NCBI GenBank assembly: GCA_018648325.1
Contig: JABGRK010000016.1
Span: 9,338 to 73,337, forward strand
DNA from: Chloroflexota bacterium
GTDB lineage: Bacteria > Chloroflexota > Dehalococcoidia > JABGRK01
DNA length: 64,000 bases
Direction: 5' to 3'
Positions 16,814-25,010 of this stretch are shown here, piece by piece. A program made the position numbers and the translations under genes. Within the stretch, counting starts at the first letter, position 1. Every line of letters begins with the position of its first letter. A model generated the notes under the pieces. That model ran no database searches. It worked only from the letters and a program-made list of their open reading frames with translations, and was not told where the DNA came from.

Positions 16814-16944
16814 CTCCTGCTAAATATGAGATTAGCATGGTATTATAACAATTCAGGTAACAAGTATAACTTTTTGGTTATAAGTAGATTACAATATTTT
16901 GGCATTTGTAACCTGTAAAGCGGGGCTGTTGTTTTGCGGTAAAT

Positions 16945-16985
16945 AAAAAAGAGCACACCCAAAAAAATAATTTGAAGTGTGCTCT
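16945..16985 (-). terminator. candidate rho-independent terminator
   Basis: 9-bp stem AGAGCACAC/GTGTGCTCT with an 18-nt loop. A U-run follows on the minus strand, directly after the stop at 17003. Confidence 0.45.
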
Positions 16986-17002
16986 TTTATTGTTAACAGA
17001 TA

Positions 17003-17308
17003 CTAGTATCTATTCTGGGAGACCTTACTGTAGCAATCGCTGCAATAAACTGGTCTACCGTTGCGGGGCTCAAATGGTACTTCGGTGTCTTTTCCGCACT
17101 GGGCACATACTGCCGGGTACATCTGACGTCTTCCGCCGGTACCACCACCAAAACCGCCGCCGCCACGCTGTGATTTTCTTGCCGCTCGGCAAGAACCACA
17201 ACGCTTGGGCTCGTTTACAAAGCCTTTGGACTGGAAAAACTCTTGCTCCTCAGCAGAGAACGTAAAAGCATCTCCACAATCGAAGCACTGAAGTGTTTTG
17301 TCTTCCAT
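17003..17308 (-). CDS. CxxC-x17-CxxC zinc-ribbon protein with Gly-rich linker
   Basis: Two copies of C-x2-C..F..F...G......P..C..C separated by GGGGFGGGTGG. Matches the duplicated CxxC_CxxC small-protein family as remembered. GAGGAGG RBS. Confidence 0.8.
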   Translation of the reverse strand: MEDKTLQCFDCGDAFTFSAEEQEFFQSKGFVNEPKRCGSCRAARKSQRGGGGFGGGTGGRRQMYPAVCAQCGKDTEVPFEPRNGRPVYCSDCYSKVSQNRY

Positions 17309-17564
17309 CGGATGACCTCCTCTCTTAGTATTAAGTTAGAGTATGGGGCCATTCAACACTTGGTTAAACCTTGGATGGTTTGCTGAAGATGTAGTGACCG
17401 TACACGTAACTTCTTTAACTATACACTAAATATAAATATGGCGCAACCAGCCAACGTTTGTGCAAAGCTAAAAACGAATTTGTTAGGGATGGTTTTTGTG
17501 CATGTGGTAGAAGACAGAACGCTGGTATTTGAGCGGAAACCGGATATCGCAAGTTGATCGTTGC

Positions 17565-18419
17565 TCAGGAGGTCTTTTTAAGCAAGCTGACGATGCCTAT
17601 AGCGCCGGGGCCACTGTATGTTCCTATGACAGGTCCGAATGTTGTATAGAAGGTGTTTTTTCCCGGGATAAGGTGGGAAGTGTTTTGTCCCAGTGATTTG
17701 GCTTCTTCAGACGTGGTGTTGTAGACTACCGACATTTCTTCAATGTCGCCCAAGGACTCGGTTATTATGCGTATCTTGTCTAATACTTTTACATGAGAGC
17801 GTGCCTTGGCAATTCCTTCCACGTGTCCGTCGGATATCTCCAGGACCGGCTTTATTTTGAGCAGGGAGCCGAGCAGCCATTGTGCTTTGCCGATGCGTCC
17901 GCCCTTACGCAGATATTCGAGCGTATCAACAGTGAAAAATACTCGAATTCGGGGAATGGTGTCACTGATTAGCTCAACTATTTCGGCAAGCGTGGCGCCT
18001 TTTTGGGCTGCTCTTGCTGCTAGGATAGCCAGCAGGCCAAGTCCCATTGAGGTGGTACGTGAGTCGATGACCGATACCGGGCACACTGAGTCTTTATGCC
18101 CAACTAACGCTGATTCGTGAGTGGCGCTGAGTTCGGATGCAATGTGTAGTGAAACGATGCCATCTGCTTCTTGTGCCAGATTTTTGTATAATTGCTTGAA
18201 GGTTTCAGGTGAGGGTGCTGACGTTTTAGGAAGGATGGATCCCTCCACCAGCCTGTGATAGAATTGCTCGCCGGATATATCCACTCCGTCCTGAAATACC
18301 TCTTGGTCAAAGTGAACGTACAGTGGCACAATAGTAATGCCCAATTTTTCTGCGACGTCTTTGGGCAGGTCAGATGTGCTGTCGGTGACGATTTTTACGT
18401 TGGCCATAGTACGAACCAT
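17565..18419 (-). CDS. DegV family fatty-acid-binding protein
   Basis: KIVTDSTSDLP N-terminus, 284 aa, typical DegV length and pattern. Confidence 0.9.
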   Translation of the reverse strand: MVRTMANVKIVTDSTSDLPKDVAEKLGITIVPLYVHFDQEVFQDGVDISGEQFYHRLVEGSILPKTSAPSPETFKQLYKNLAQEADGIVSLHIASELSATHESALVGHKDSVCPVSVIDSRTTSMGLGLLAILAARAAQKGATLAEIVELISDTIPRIRVFFTVDTLEYLRKGGRIGKAQWLLGSLLKIKPVLEISDGHVEGIAKARSHVKVLDKIRIITESLGDIEEMSVVYNTTSEEAKSLGQNTSHLIPGKNTFYTTFGPVIGTYSGPGAIGIVSLLKKTS

Positions 18420-18464
18420 GATAATGGGTAGCTTCGAGTTTGTGAATACCTAGGAATCCGATGC

Positions 18465-19493
18465 TTAACGCTGAGGCTCAATGATTACCTTAAGACAATC
18501 TTCTGCTTTAGCAACCAGCGCAAATCCTTGCCTTGCCTCTTCCATACTCAGACGATGCGTTATGATGTTCTTTACGTCAACGCGATGTGTTGCTATCAGA
18601 TCCAGCGCCTGTTGGTAGTCGTCGGGACTGCCTGCGTACGATGTGGTGAGGGTTACCTCGTTGCGGGAGAAAAATTCGTTTATCGGTATCGAAAGGCTTA
18701 CGTCGTCTCTGGTCAGTGCGAAGATGAGTATTGTTCCACCTCGCTCCACCAACTTGAGCGATTGCTGGAACACTGCCGGAACTCCGGTGCATACTATTAC
18801 CAGATCGGCAAGACGCCCGTCGTTGAGTTCGCGCAGGCGTTCGGGAGCAAAATCGTTTGCATTGATTACATCGCTGGCACCAAGTCGTTTAGCCGCATCG
18901 AGTCTGTAATCGACTATGTCGGTGGCTATTACTTTACTTGCTCCCATGGCGTGTGCCAGATGTACGTGCAGCAGTCCAGCCATACCGCAGCCAAGCACAA
19001 GTACGCTTTGACCTTCTTTGAAGGTTGCTTTGCGTTGACCGCGCAACACGCAGGCCAGCGGCTCCACAAATGTTGCTTCGTCGAAAGAAACGTTATCGGG
19101 AATGAGAAACACTCCGCGTTTGACGTTGATGGCGGGCATGCGCAGGTATTCAGCGAATCCTCCGGGGTCAAAACTGGTTGAACGCAATGTGTTGCAGGCG
19201 GTCTCGTTATCGGTAAGGCAGTAGTGGCACTGGTCGCAGGGTACATGATGCGCTGCGGCTATGCGGTCGCCTATCTTATATTGGGTAACACCATCGCCAA
19301 CCTCGACAATTGTCCCAGCTATTTCGTGTCCTAGCACCAGAGGAGCCTTGTGGATGCGGTACCACTCCATGACGTCGCTGCCGCAAATGCCGCTGGCCTC
19401 AATCTTTACCAGCAGTTCGCCCGGGCCTATCTTTGGCGTGGGTAACTCTTCGACCCTGACATCACTGTTGTTGTAGTACATGGCAACGCGCAT
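18465..19493 (-). CDS. zinc-dependent medium-chain alcohol/polyol dehydrogenase
   Basis: Catalytic Zn ligands (GICGSD, GHEIAGTIVEVG), structural Zn CDQCHYC..C, Rossmann GCGMAGL. Confidence 0.9.
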   Translation of the reverse strand: MRVAMYYNNSDVRVEELPTPKIGPGELLVKIEASGICGSDVMEWYRIHKAPLVLGHEIAGTIVEVGDGVTQYKIGDRIAAAHHVPCDQCHYCLTDNETACNTLRSTSFDPGGFAEYLRMPAINVKRGVFLIPDNVSFDEATFVEPLACVLRGQRKATFKEGQSVLVLGCGMAGLLHVHLAHAMGASKVIATDIVDYRLDAAKRLGASDVINANDFAPERLRELNDGRLADLVIVCTGVPAVFQQSLKLVERGGTILIFALTRDDVSLSIPINEFFSRNEVTLTTSYAGSPDDYQQALDLIATHRVDVKNIITHRLSMEEARQGFALVAKAEDCLKVIIEPQR

Positions 19494-19496
19494 TAA

Positions 19497-20948
19497 CTAA
19501 TCTCCTTTAATTTCCATCAGCATCTTTTCAGACGAGAACCAGTACTCTCTGGACTCACCTATAAGGTACATGGAACCGGTTATTAACACAAGCTCATCCG
19601 GTCCTGCCTTTGATACAGCTGTTTTGATGGCATCCTCCACATTATTGCTTTTGATAACCTCAAGCGACGGGTTTATACGGTTTATTACCTTTGCCAGATT
19701 GCTTGCGGGCAGGGATGGTTTACCCAAGACATTGACCTGAGTGGCTATAACCCGGCTGGCGATGGGTATGAGCTCTGCAAGGATGGCATTTACGTCTTTA
19801 AAGGCTAGTATACCGGTTATTACGGTAACAGCCTTGTGCGGACCTGTTTTAAGGCTGCTTATCAGCGCGCGCATTTTTTGCGGATTGTGGGCACTGTCCA
19901 GCATGACCTGTGGTGCTTGCTGCACTGTTTCCATACGTCCCGGCATTTTCCAGCTCTCCAGCGCCGTCCTGATATTTTCCTCACTCACAGGCACACCATA
20001 TTTTTTATTTAGCACTTCGGCTGCCTTTACGGCCACCGCCGCGTTAACAGCGTTAAATGTGCCGGACTGGGTGATGTTCACCTTATCATACGTTTTAAAC
20101 GGTGTACGTATATCCATCGTGATACCAGTGTGATCTGACTCATGTATTATGTAGCTGAAGTCACGTTCCATCTTATATAGTTTGGCATTGTTTTTGACAG
20201 CCTCTTTCACGAAGATATCGAGTGTTTTGGGGTTGGTTTCTGACGTGATCACCGGCTGGTCACGTTTGATAATGCCTGCCTTGTGTTTTGCTATTTCAGC
20301 CAGTGATGTGCCAAGCTGTGGCGTATGTTCCATCGCGATATTAGTGATTATTGCCAGTTTGGATTGCACTACGTTAGTGGGGTCGTAGCGTCCGCCCAGC
20401 GCAGTCTCAACAACTGCCCAGTTCACGTTGCATTTGGCAAAGTACATATACATCAGGCAGGCCCATGCCTCCTGATAGCGCAGCATCTCGCCTGTTTTTT
20501 TATAGAATGACACAAGTAGTAGCTTGAACTCATCTACCAGCTCAACAAACGCTTGTGGTGATATCATGGCATCGTTAACAACAAGTTTTTCGTTGCACAC
20601 CTGCAGATAGGGAGAAGTGTGAACACCGGTGCGAAGGCCCGCCTGCCTGAGTATTGCGCCGATCATGGTGGCAACCGAGCCTTTGCCGCTAGTACCGGCG
20701 ATGTGAATCACCGAATACTTTTCTTGCGGATTTCCGGCGTGCTCCAGGAAGGCCTTTGTGCGGTTAATCTGGCGCAGGTAGTCCTTGAGGTAATCCGTCT
20801 GGCTCTTAGGGACGAGGTAGTATGACCCGGCCGGATCTGTGATGAGCGAGCGCAGCCAGTCCAGGCGCTGCCAGTAGGCATCCAGCGGGTGCTTCGGCGC
20901 AGGCGGCTGCTCTGATATTATTTCGTCGTTGTTGGTGATTTCTTCCAT
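19497..20948 (-). CDS. folC: folylpolyglutamate synthase / dihydrofolate synthase (Mur-ligase family)
   Basis: P-loop HIAGTSGKGS, Mur-ligase middle and C-terminal domains (DSAHNP). 483 aa with an N-terminal extension. Confidence 0.85.
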   Translation of the reverse strand: MEEITNNDEIISEQPPAPKHPLDAYWQRLDWLRSLITDPAGSYYLVPKSQTDYLKDYLRQINRTKAFLEHAGNPQEKYSVIHIAGTSGKGSVATMIGAILRQAGLRTGVHTSPYLQVCNEKLVVNDAMISPQAFVELVDEFKLLLVSFYKKTGEMLRYQEAWACLMYMYFAKCNVNWAVVETALGGRYDPTNVVQSKLAIITNIAMEHTPQLGTSLAEIAKHKAGIIKRDQPVITSETNPKTLDIFVKEAVKNNAKLYKMERDFSYIIHESDHTGITMDIRTPFKTYDKVNITQSGTFNAVNAAVAVKAAEVLNKKYGVPVSEENIRTALESWKMPGRMETVQQAPQVMLDSAHNPQKMRALISSLKTGPHKAVTVITGILAFKDVNAILAELIPIASRVIATQVNVLGKPSLPASNLAKVINRINPSLEVIKSNNVEDAIKTAVSKAGPDELVLITGSMYLIGESREYWFSSEKMLMEIKGD

Positions 20949-21730
20949 GCTACAGTGGCTTCATTATAGCATGTGGTGGTAGTTGCGGGAGGGGGATGGC
21001 TTTCAGACTTTCGATTATGGTTGTTTTTTGTAGCACCTTTTCTTTGTGCCTCTTTGACAGCACCGGTATTAATAATGTCTTCTAATTGTTTTTTCCTATT
21101 TTCTTTGTTAATGTACCAGTCTTGAATTAGCAGCTCGATTAGTTTGATTAATTTTTCGGATTCGTCAGGATCAACATCCACTATCAGGTTTATATCTTTT
21201 TCCATATGAGCACCTATATTACCAATCTTTCTTACTGCACTGATAGCTTGCCATGTGGTTGTATCGACTTTGTTTTCAATAGCGTTGATTTCGTCAACGA
21301 GCCTTCCCGGTTTGATACCCCAAAAATCACGGATGATTCCTTGTAAACACCTGCGTGATAGTGTTGCTGATGCCCTAGGGCTAAGGTCTTTAATCAAGTA
21401 AGCTTCTTTATAGTCGATTAAAATTGGTTCTGGTATGTAGCTTGGGAAGGAACGTGCTTTGGAAGGAGGCACTAAATCCCAATGATAAAGTTTTTTACCT
21501 ATTTCCTCCCATCGCTTTATATAATCGCCCAACACACGACTTTCATGCAGATCAGCTACAACTGCGACCTTCTGGCATTTTGGATTTGGGCAGACGATAA
21601 ACATAGTGTCTAGAATTTGCCGTCCGTCGGGATTATTAATATCTAATACGGAACGACTTGTTCTAATCCGCTCGTTTGTAATTGTTGTAGGTCTATCACA
21701 ATAAGGGCATGTCCAACTAAATTCTGGCAT
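20918..21730 (-). CDS. zinc-ribbon + DUF4145-like domain protein
   Basis: CPYCD..(37)..CPNPKC N-terminal ribbon. The C-terminal helical region (ATLSRRCLQGIIRDF..IENKV..AISAVRKIGNIGAHM) resembles DUF4145. Start placed at ATG 21730 (GGAGA RBS) because the ORF-track ATG 21787 lies inside the -10 box. Confidence 0.7.
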   Translation of the reverse strand: MPEFSWTCPYCDRPTTITNERIRTSRSVLDINNPDGRQILDTMFIVCPNPKCQKVAVVADLHESRVLGDYIKRWEEIGKKLYHWDLVPPSKARSFPSYIPEPILIDYKEAYLIKDLSPRASATLSRRCLQGIIRDFWGIKPGRLVDEINAIENKVDTTTWQAISAVRKIGNIGAHMEKDINLIVDVDPDESEKLIKLIELLIQDWYINKENRKKQLEDIINTGAVKEAQRKGATKNNHNRKSESHPPPATTTTCYNEATVAWKKSPTTTK

Positions 21731-21785
21731 TGCGATTTCTCCAAACTTCCCCAAGTGTGTTTTTATATATCCTGTAAGCGCCGTC

Positions 21786-21815
21786 ATTATACTGTGGGAA
21801 GCTGTGGCAAGTCAA
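21786..21815 (-). promoter_or_regulatory. near-consensus sigma70 promoter
   Basis: Minus strand: TTGACT (21810..21815), 18 nt, TATAAT (21786..21791). Confidence 0.5.
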
Positions 21816-21830
21816 TCACAGCTTTTGGGT

Positions 21831-21915
21831 CAACCCCATTGATCCCCCACTCATGGGGGAGGGAGGGAGAGATCGGGGGGCACCCCCAAACCCCCGGCAG
21901 GATTGCATCCTGCAC
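21831..21915 (+). repeat. U1 repeat, copy A (GC-rich multi-hairpin element)
   Basis: caacccc..ccccc-actcat-ggggg..ggggggcaccccc..cccccggcaggat-tgc-atcctgcac. Homologous to 23096..23166. Confidence 0.75.
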
Positions 21916-22003
21916 TGCTTTGTAGGACGTTGATATTATTGTCGAACCTAGGCTTTGGATACCACCAGTCCCTCGGCAGTTTTTTGCTATGCACGGCGAT
22001 TTC

Positions 22004-22054
22004 GTATTCTACTGCGTGTTGCATAGGATCAGGAAGTAGCTATGTACGTAGATT
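22004..22054 (+). repeat. U2 repeat, copy A (diverged)
   Basis: gtattctactgcgtgttgcatagg...gctatgtacgtagatt aligns with 23013.. and 23169... A further degenerate U2-like stretch lies at 21916..21950. Confidence 0.6.
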
Positions 22055-22124
22055 GGCGTTGGGACTGGGGAGGGCAGGTATTGGGGGCGCTGGCATTGTT
22101 GATCGAACGAGGGTTTTAGGGCAC

Positions 22125-22158
22125 AAAAAAAGAGGAAGCGATGTTTCACACTTCCTCT
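22125..22158 (-). terminator. rho-independent terminator of the aldolase gene
   Basis: Stem AGAGGAAG/CTTCCTCT (22131..22158), 12-nt loop, then a 7-nt U-run on the minus strand. Confidence 0.65.
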
Positions 22159-22172
22159 GGTTAGATTATGTT

Positions 22173-22198
22173 GGGGGACATCCCCGGCAAGGATGCAC
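22173..22198 (+). repeat. truncated U1-like fragment
   Basis: gggggacatccccggcaaggatgcac resembles the ..cacccccagacccccggcagga..tcctgcac end of U1. It abuts the aldolase stop codon. Confidence 0.4.
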
Positions 22199-22200
22199 TC

Positions 22201-22995
22201 CTATTTTGCGTTTTTGGTTGTTGTAAACAGGTCCTGCGCCTGTTTGGGGTTGATGTTGTCGTGGATGATGGCGCGTATGGCTGTAATCATGGCCACGGGG
22301 TAATCGTGCTTCCAGATGTTTCGGCCCAAATTCACGCCTATAGCGCCTTTTTGAATGCCATCGTATACAAACTCGAATACCTCAAGCTCCGTGTCTGTCT
22401 GCGGGCCTCCGGCCATAACCACGGGCACGGGGCAACCGTCTACTACCTTGTCGAAGTCCTTGGCGCAGTAATAGGTTTTGACCACCTGTGCGCCCAGCTC
22501 GGCGGCGATGCGGCAAGCCAGACCGAGATAGCGCGCCTCGCGCCTTTCCAGCTCCTTGCCCACGGCGGTAACTGCCATAACCGGCATGCCTAAGTTGAGG
22601 CCCTCGTCAACCAGCTTGCCCAGATTAAGCAGTGACTCGCGCTCATACTCATGTCCCACGAATATCGATAGTCCGACTGCTGATGCGTTGAGCCTGACTG
22701 CGTCCGCCATCGATGTGGTCAGTCCTTCGTTAGACAGGTCTCCACCTACAACGCTGGTTCCACCGGAAACACGCAGTATGATCGGCGTTTCCTCGGCGGG
22801 GTCAACGCAGGCACGCAGTACGCCGCGTGTGACGAACAGTCCGTCGGCATGTGGCAGCAGCGGTGCGATGGTTTCGCCCGGATGCTCCAGCTTGCTGGTT
22901 GGTCCCTGAAAATAACCATGATCGATGGGTAGAAACAGTGTTCTGCCATCGGGTTTTATCAATCTATTAAGCCTGTTTTTCATTCCCCAGTCCAT
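22201..22995 (-). CDS. class I aldolase of the DhnA/FbaB/LsrF/AroA' (DeoC-LacD) family
   Basis: 264 aa. N-terminal LFLPIDHGYFQGP, Schiff-base Lys context ELGAQVVKTYY, C-terminal GAIGVNLGRNIW. GGAGGA RBS. Confidence 0.8.
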   Translation of the reverse strand: MDWGMKNRLNRLIKPDGRTLFLPIDHGYFQGPTSKLEHPGETIAPLLPHADGLFVTRGVLRACVDPAEETPIILRVSGGTSVVGGDLSNEGLTTSMADAVRLNASAVGLSIFVGHEYERESLLNLGKLVDEGLNLGMPVMAVTAVGKELERREARYLGLACRIAAELGAQVVKTYYCAKDFDKVVDGCPVPVVMAGGPQTDTELEVFEFVYDGIQKGAIGVNLGRNIWKHDYPVAMITAIRAIIHDNINPKQAQDLFTTTKNAK

Positions 22996-23012
22996 ATGGT
23001 TCCTCCATTTTT

Positions 23013-23095
23013 GTATTCTACAACGTGTCGCTTAAGTTCTTGTTGTCTATACGTACGTAGATTTTTGTTTGTTATTTGGTAAGGAGGTTTTTTAT
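23013..23095 (+). repeat. U2 repeat, copy B1
   Basis: gtattctacaacgtgtcgcttaagtt..ctatacgtacgtagat..ttatttggtaaggaggtttttt is a direct repeat of 23169..23257. Contains the palindrome TACGTACGTA at 23050..23059. Confidence 0.8.
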
Positions 23096-23166
23096 CAACC
23101 CCCTTGCCCCCATTCTTGGGGGAGGGATTTGCACCCCCAGACCCCCGGCAGGACATTGTCCTGCAC
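23096..23166 (+). repeat. U1 repeat, copy B
   Basis: caaccccc..ccccc-attctt-ggggg..gcaccccc..cccccggcaggac-att-gtcctgcac, in the same orientation as copy A. Confidence 0.75.
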
Positions 23167-23168
23167 CT

Positions 23169-23257
23169 GTTTTCTACGACGTGTTGCTTAAGTTTATTTT
23201 GTCGATACGTACGTAGATGATCGTTTGTTATTTAAGTAGGGAGGTTTTTCAACTCCC
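23169..23257 (+). repeat. U2 repeat, copy B2
   Basis: gttttctacgacgtgttgcttaagtt..gatacgtacgtagat..ttatttaagtagggaggttttt. TACGTACGTA lies at 23206..23215. Confidence 0.8.
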
Positions 23258-23317
23258 GCTATATTTGGCACTTTGCACATTATACCTGCTTGCAGCGCTA
23301 TGTTCCAGTGGGGTTAT

Positions 23318-23539
23318 TTATTCTACTGAAGCTGGAGCGTCTTCAAGCTGGCGTTCGATGAATTCGGCGGTGGGCGATTTGTCTTTTGGCCAGTCAGGGA
23401 AAACTACAATGTATTTGTCTATCATATCGCTTATTCCGAAGTCCAATCCTACTATCTGCCTGACTATTCCGGTGCAATTGCAGTACGGGCTGTCTGCATC
23501 GATGACTCTGACTGTCTGTCCCATATCGAATCTGACCAT
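23318..23539 (-). CDS. small hypothetical protein (73 aa)
   Basis: GAGAGGA RBS and protein-like composition (MVRFDMGQTVRVIDADSPY..). No family recognised. Confidence 0.5.
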   Translation of the reverse strand: MVRFDMGQTVRVIDADSPYCNCTGIVRQIVGLDFGISDMIDKYIVVFPDWPKDKSPTAEFIERQLEDAPASVE

Positions 23540-23640
23540 GTATAAATCCTCTCGCCTTGTATCGAAAAATTGAGTTTGTATCTATATCAACGATAGCAAT
23601 GTTGAGCGCTTTAGGCAAGTGGAGGTGTTGTCCCATCGCT

Positions 23641-23669
23641 TTGACTAATGCACAAGCTGATACTATAAT
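23641..23669 (+). promoter_or_regulatory. near-consensus sigma70 promoter
   Basis: TTGACT (23641..23646), 17 nt, TATAAT (23664..23669), directly upstream of the GIDE-LemA ORF. Confidence 0.55.
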
Positions 23670-23691
23670 TCATATGAGTTATGGGGGCAAA

Positions 23692-24990
23692 ATGTTACCT
23701 ATTATCATTGGAAGTGTTGTTGCACTGGTTTGTCTTGTTGCTGGATTCTGGGTTATGCGGCGCAAGCGTCTCATCGACGATCTGCCCACATCTAAAACGC
23801 AGGGTGTATTCATCGGATTGGTGGAGCTTAAGGGAACGGCGGAATGCGAGAAGCCCCTATCGAGTTATCTGGCAGGGGAGCACTGTGTGCAATACGCCTG
23901 GCATGTGGAAGAGCACTGGTCGCGTGTGGTGCATGAGACGTATACAGACTCCAAGGGGAACACACGTACCCGTACTCGCAGGGAAAGTGGATGGAAAAGA
24001 GTTGCTGGCGATGAAGTCGCCACTCCCTTTTATTTGAAAGATGATACCGGTGTTATCCACGTTGTTCCGGATGGTGCAAATATTCATAACACTAAAACCT
24101 TTGATCAAACCTGTACGCCGGGAGACGGGCTTTACTACCGCAAGGGGCCTGCCTACGCGGTGGCAAATAGTTCCCACCGGCGGCGTTTTCGGGAAGACGC
24201 GATACCTCTTCATGCCTCACTTTATATAATGGGGCAGGCGCGGGAACGGCAGGACGTGGTAGCTGCCGAGATAACCCGGGATAAAAACGCGCCAATGTTC
24301 CTTATTTCAATGCGTAGCGAAAAACAACTCAGCACCTACTATGCCCGCTGGTGCTGGTTCTGGATGATATTGGGGCTGGTGGCTGCGGTGGCTGGAGCTG
24401 TGGTCTGGGGTATGCTCCAACCCGTATCAGGGGTCAGGTGGCAGCCGATTGTCAGTATGACCGGTGGATTTGCGCTGGTGCTGGCACTTGGCTGGGTTTG
24501 GACGGTGTACAACAGTCTCGTCGATCTAAACAATCGTTTGCAGCAGGGTTGGTCCCAGGTTGATGTGCAGCTTAAGCGGCGGTATGATTTGATTCCTAAC
24601 CTGGTAAATGCTGTACAGGGTTATCGCGATCATGAGAGCCAGACGCTGCAATTGGTAACGGAACTGCGTTCTCAACAGGAAGCAACGCGTCCTGGTGATG
24701 TAGGCCCTGATTTTAGAGGAGTAGCACCTGTATTACAGGCAACAATTGAGCGATATCCGGAATTGAAGGCAAACGAGTCCTTCTTGAAGTTGCAGAGTTC
24801 GTTGATTGATACGGAGCAGCGAATAGCGTTGGCGCGTGATTACTACAATAACATCGCCATGTTTCATAACACACGTCTTGAGATTATACCGGATCGCTTT
24901 GTTGCCTCACTGGCCAGATTGCGTCAGCATGCTCTAATAGGGGCTGCTGATTTTGAGCGCGCACCCGTCGAAGTGAAACTGGTGTCATGA
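23692..24990 (+). CDS. membrane protein fusing a GIDE-like domain to a LemA domain
   Basis: TM, then TSKTQGVFIGLVELKGTAECEKPLSSYLAGEHCVQYAW.. (GIDE-like), then TM segments, then the LemA signature YNSLVDLNNRLQQGWSQVDVQLKRRYDLIPNLVNAVQGY. Start chosen downstream of the promoter; ATG 23674 is an alternative. Confidence 0.75.
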   Translation: MLPIIIGSVVALVCLVAGFWVMRRKRLIDDLPTSKTQGVFIGLVELKGTAECEKPLSSYLAGEHCVQYAWHVEEHWSRVVHETYTDSKGNTRTRTRRESGWKRVAGDEVATPFYLKDDTGVIHVVPDGANIHNTKTFDQTCTPGDGLYYRKGPAYAVANSSHRRRFREDAIPLHASLYIMGQARERQDVVAAEITRDKNAPMFLISMRSEKQLSTYYARWCWFWMILGLVAAVAGAVVWGMLQPVSGVRWQPIVSMTGGFALVLALGWVWTVYNSLVDLNNRLQQGWSQVDVQLKRRYDLIPNLVNAVQGYRDHESQTLQLVTELRSQQEATRPGDVGPDFRGVAPVLQATIERYPELKANESFLKLQSSLIDTEQRIALARDYYNNIAMFHNTRLEIIPDRFVASLARLRQHALIGAADFERAPVEVKLVS

Positions 24991-25010
24991 TGTCAATTAG
25001 CGAGTAGTAA

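Noticed and set aside
21903-22593. ORFs 21903..22226 and 22168..22593 on the plus strand.
   Set aside because: The first runs through the repeat and terminator region. The second is antisense to the aldolase gene. Neither has an RBS or recognisable motifs.
21831-23166. The U1 repeats were considered as integron attC sites, because of the terminal CAAC..GTTG inverted ends flanking a single gene.
   Set aside because: The ends match RYYYAAC/GTTRRRY only partially, and U1 is interleaved with a second repeat (U2). No integrase or cassette array is in the window. The idea is kept only as a remote alternative.
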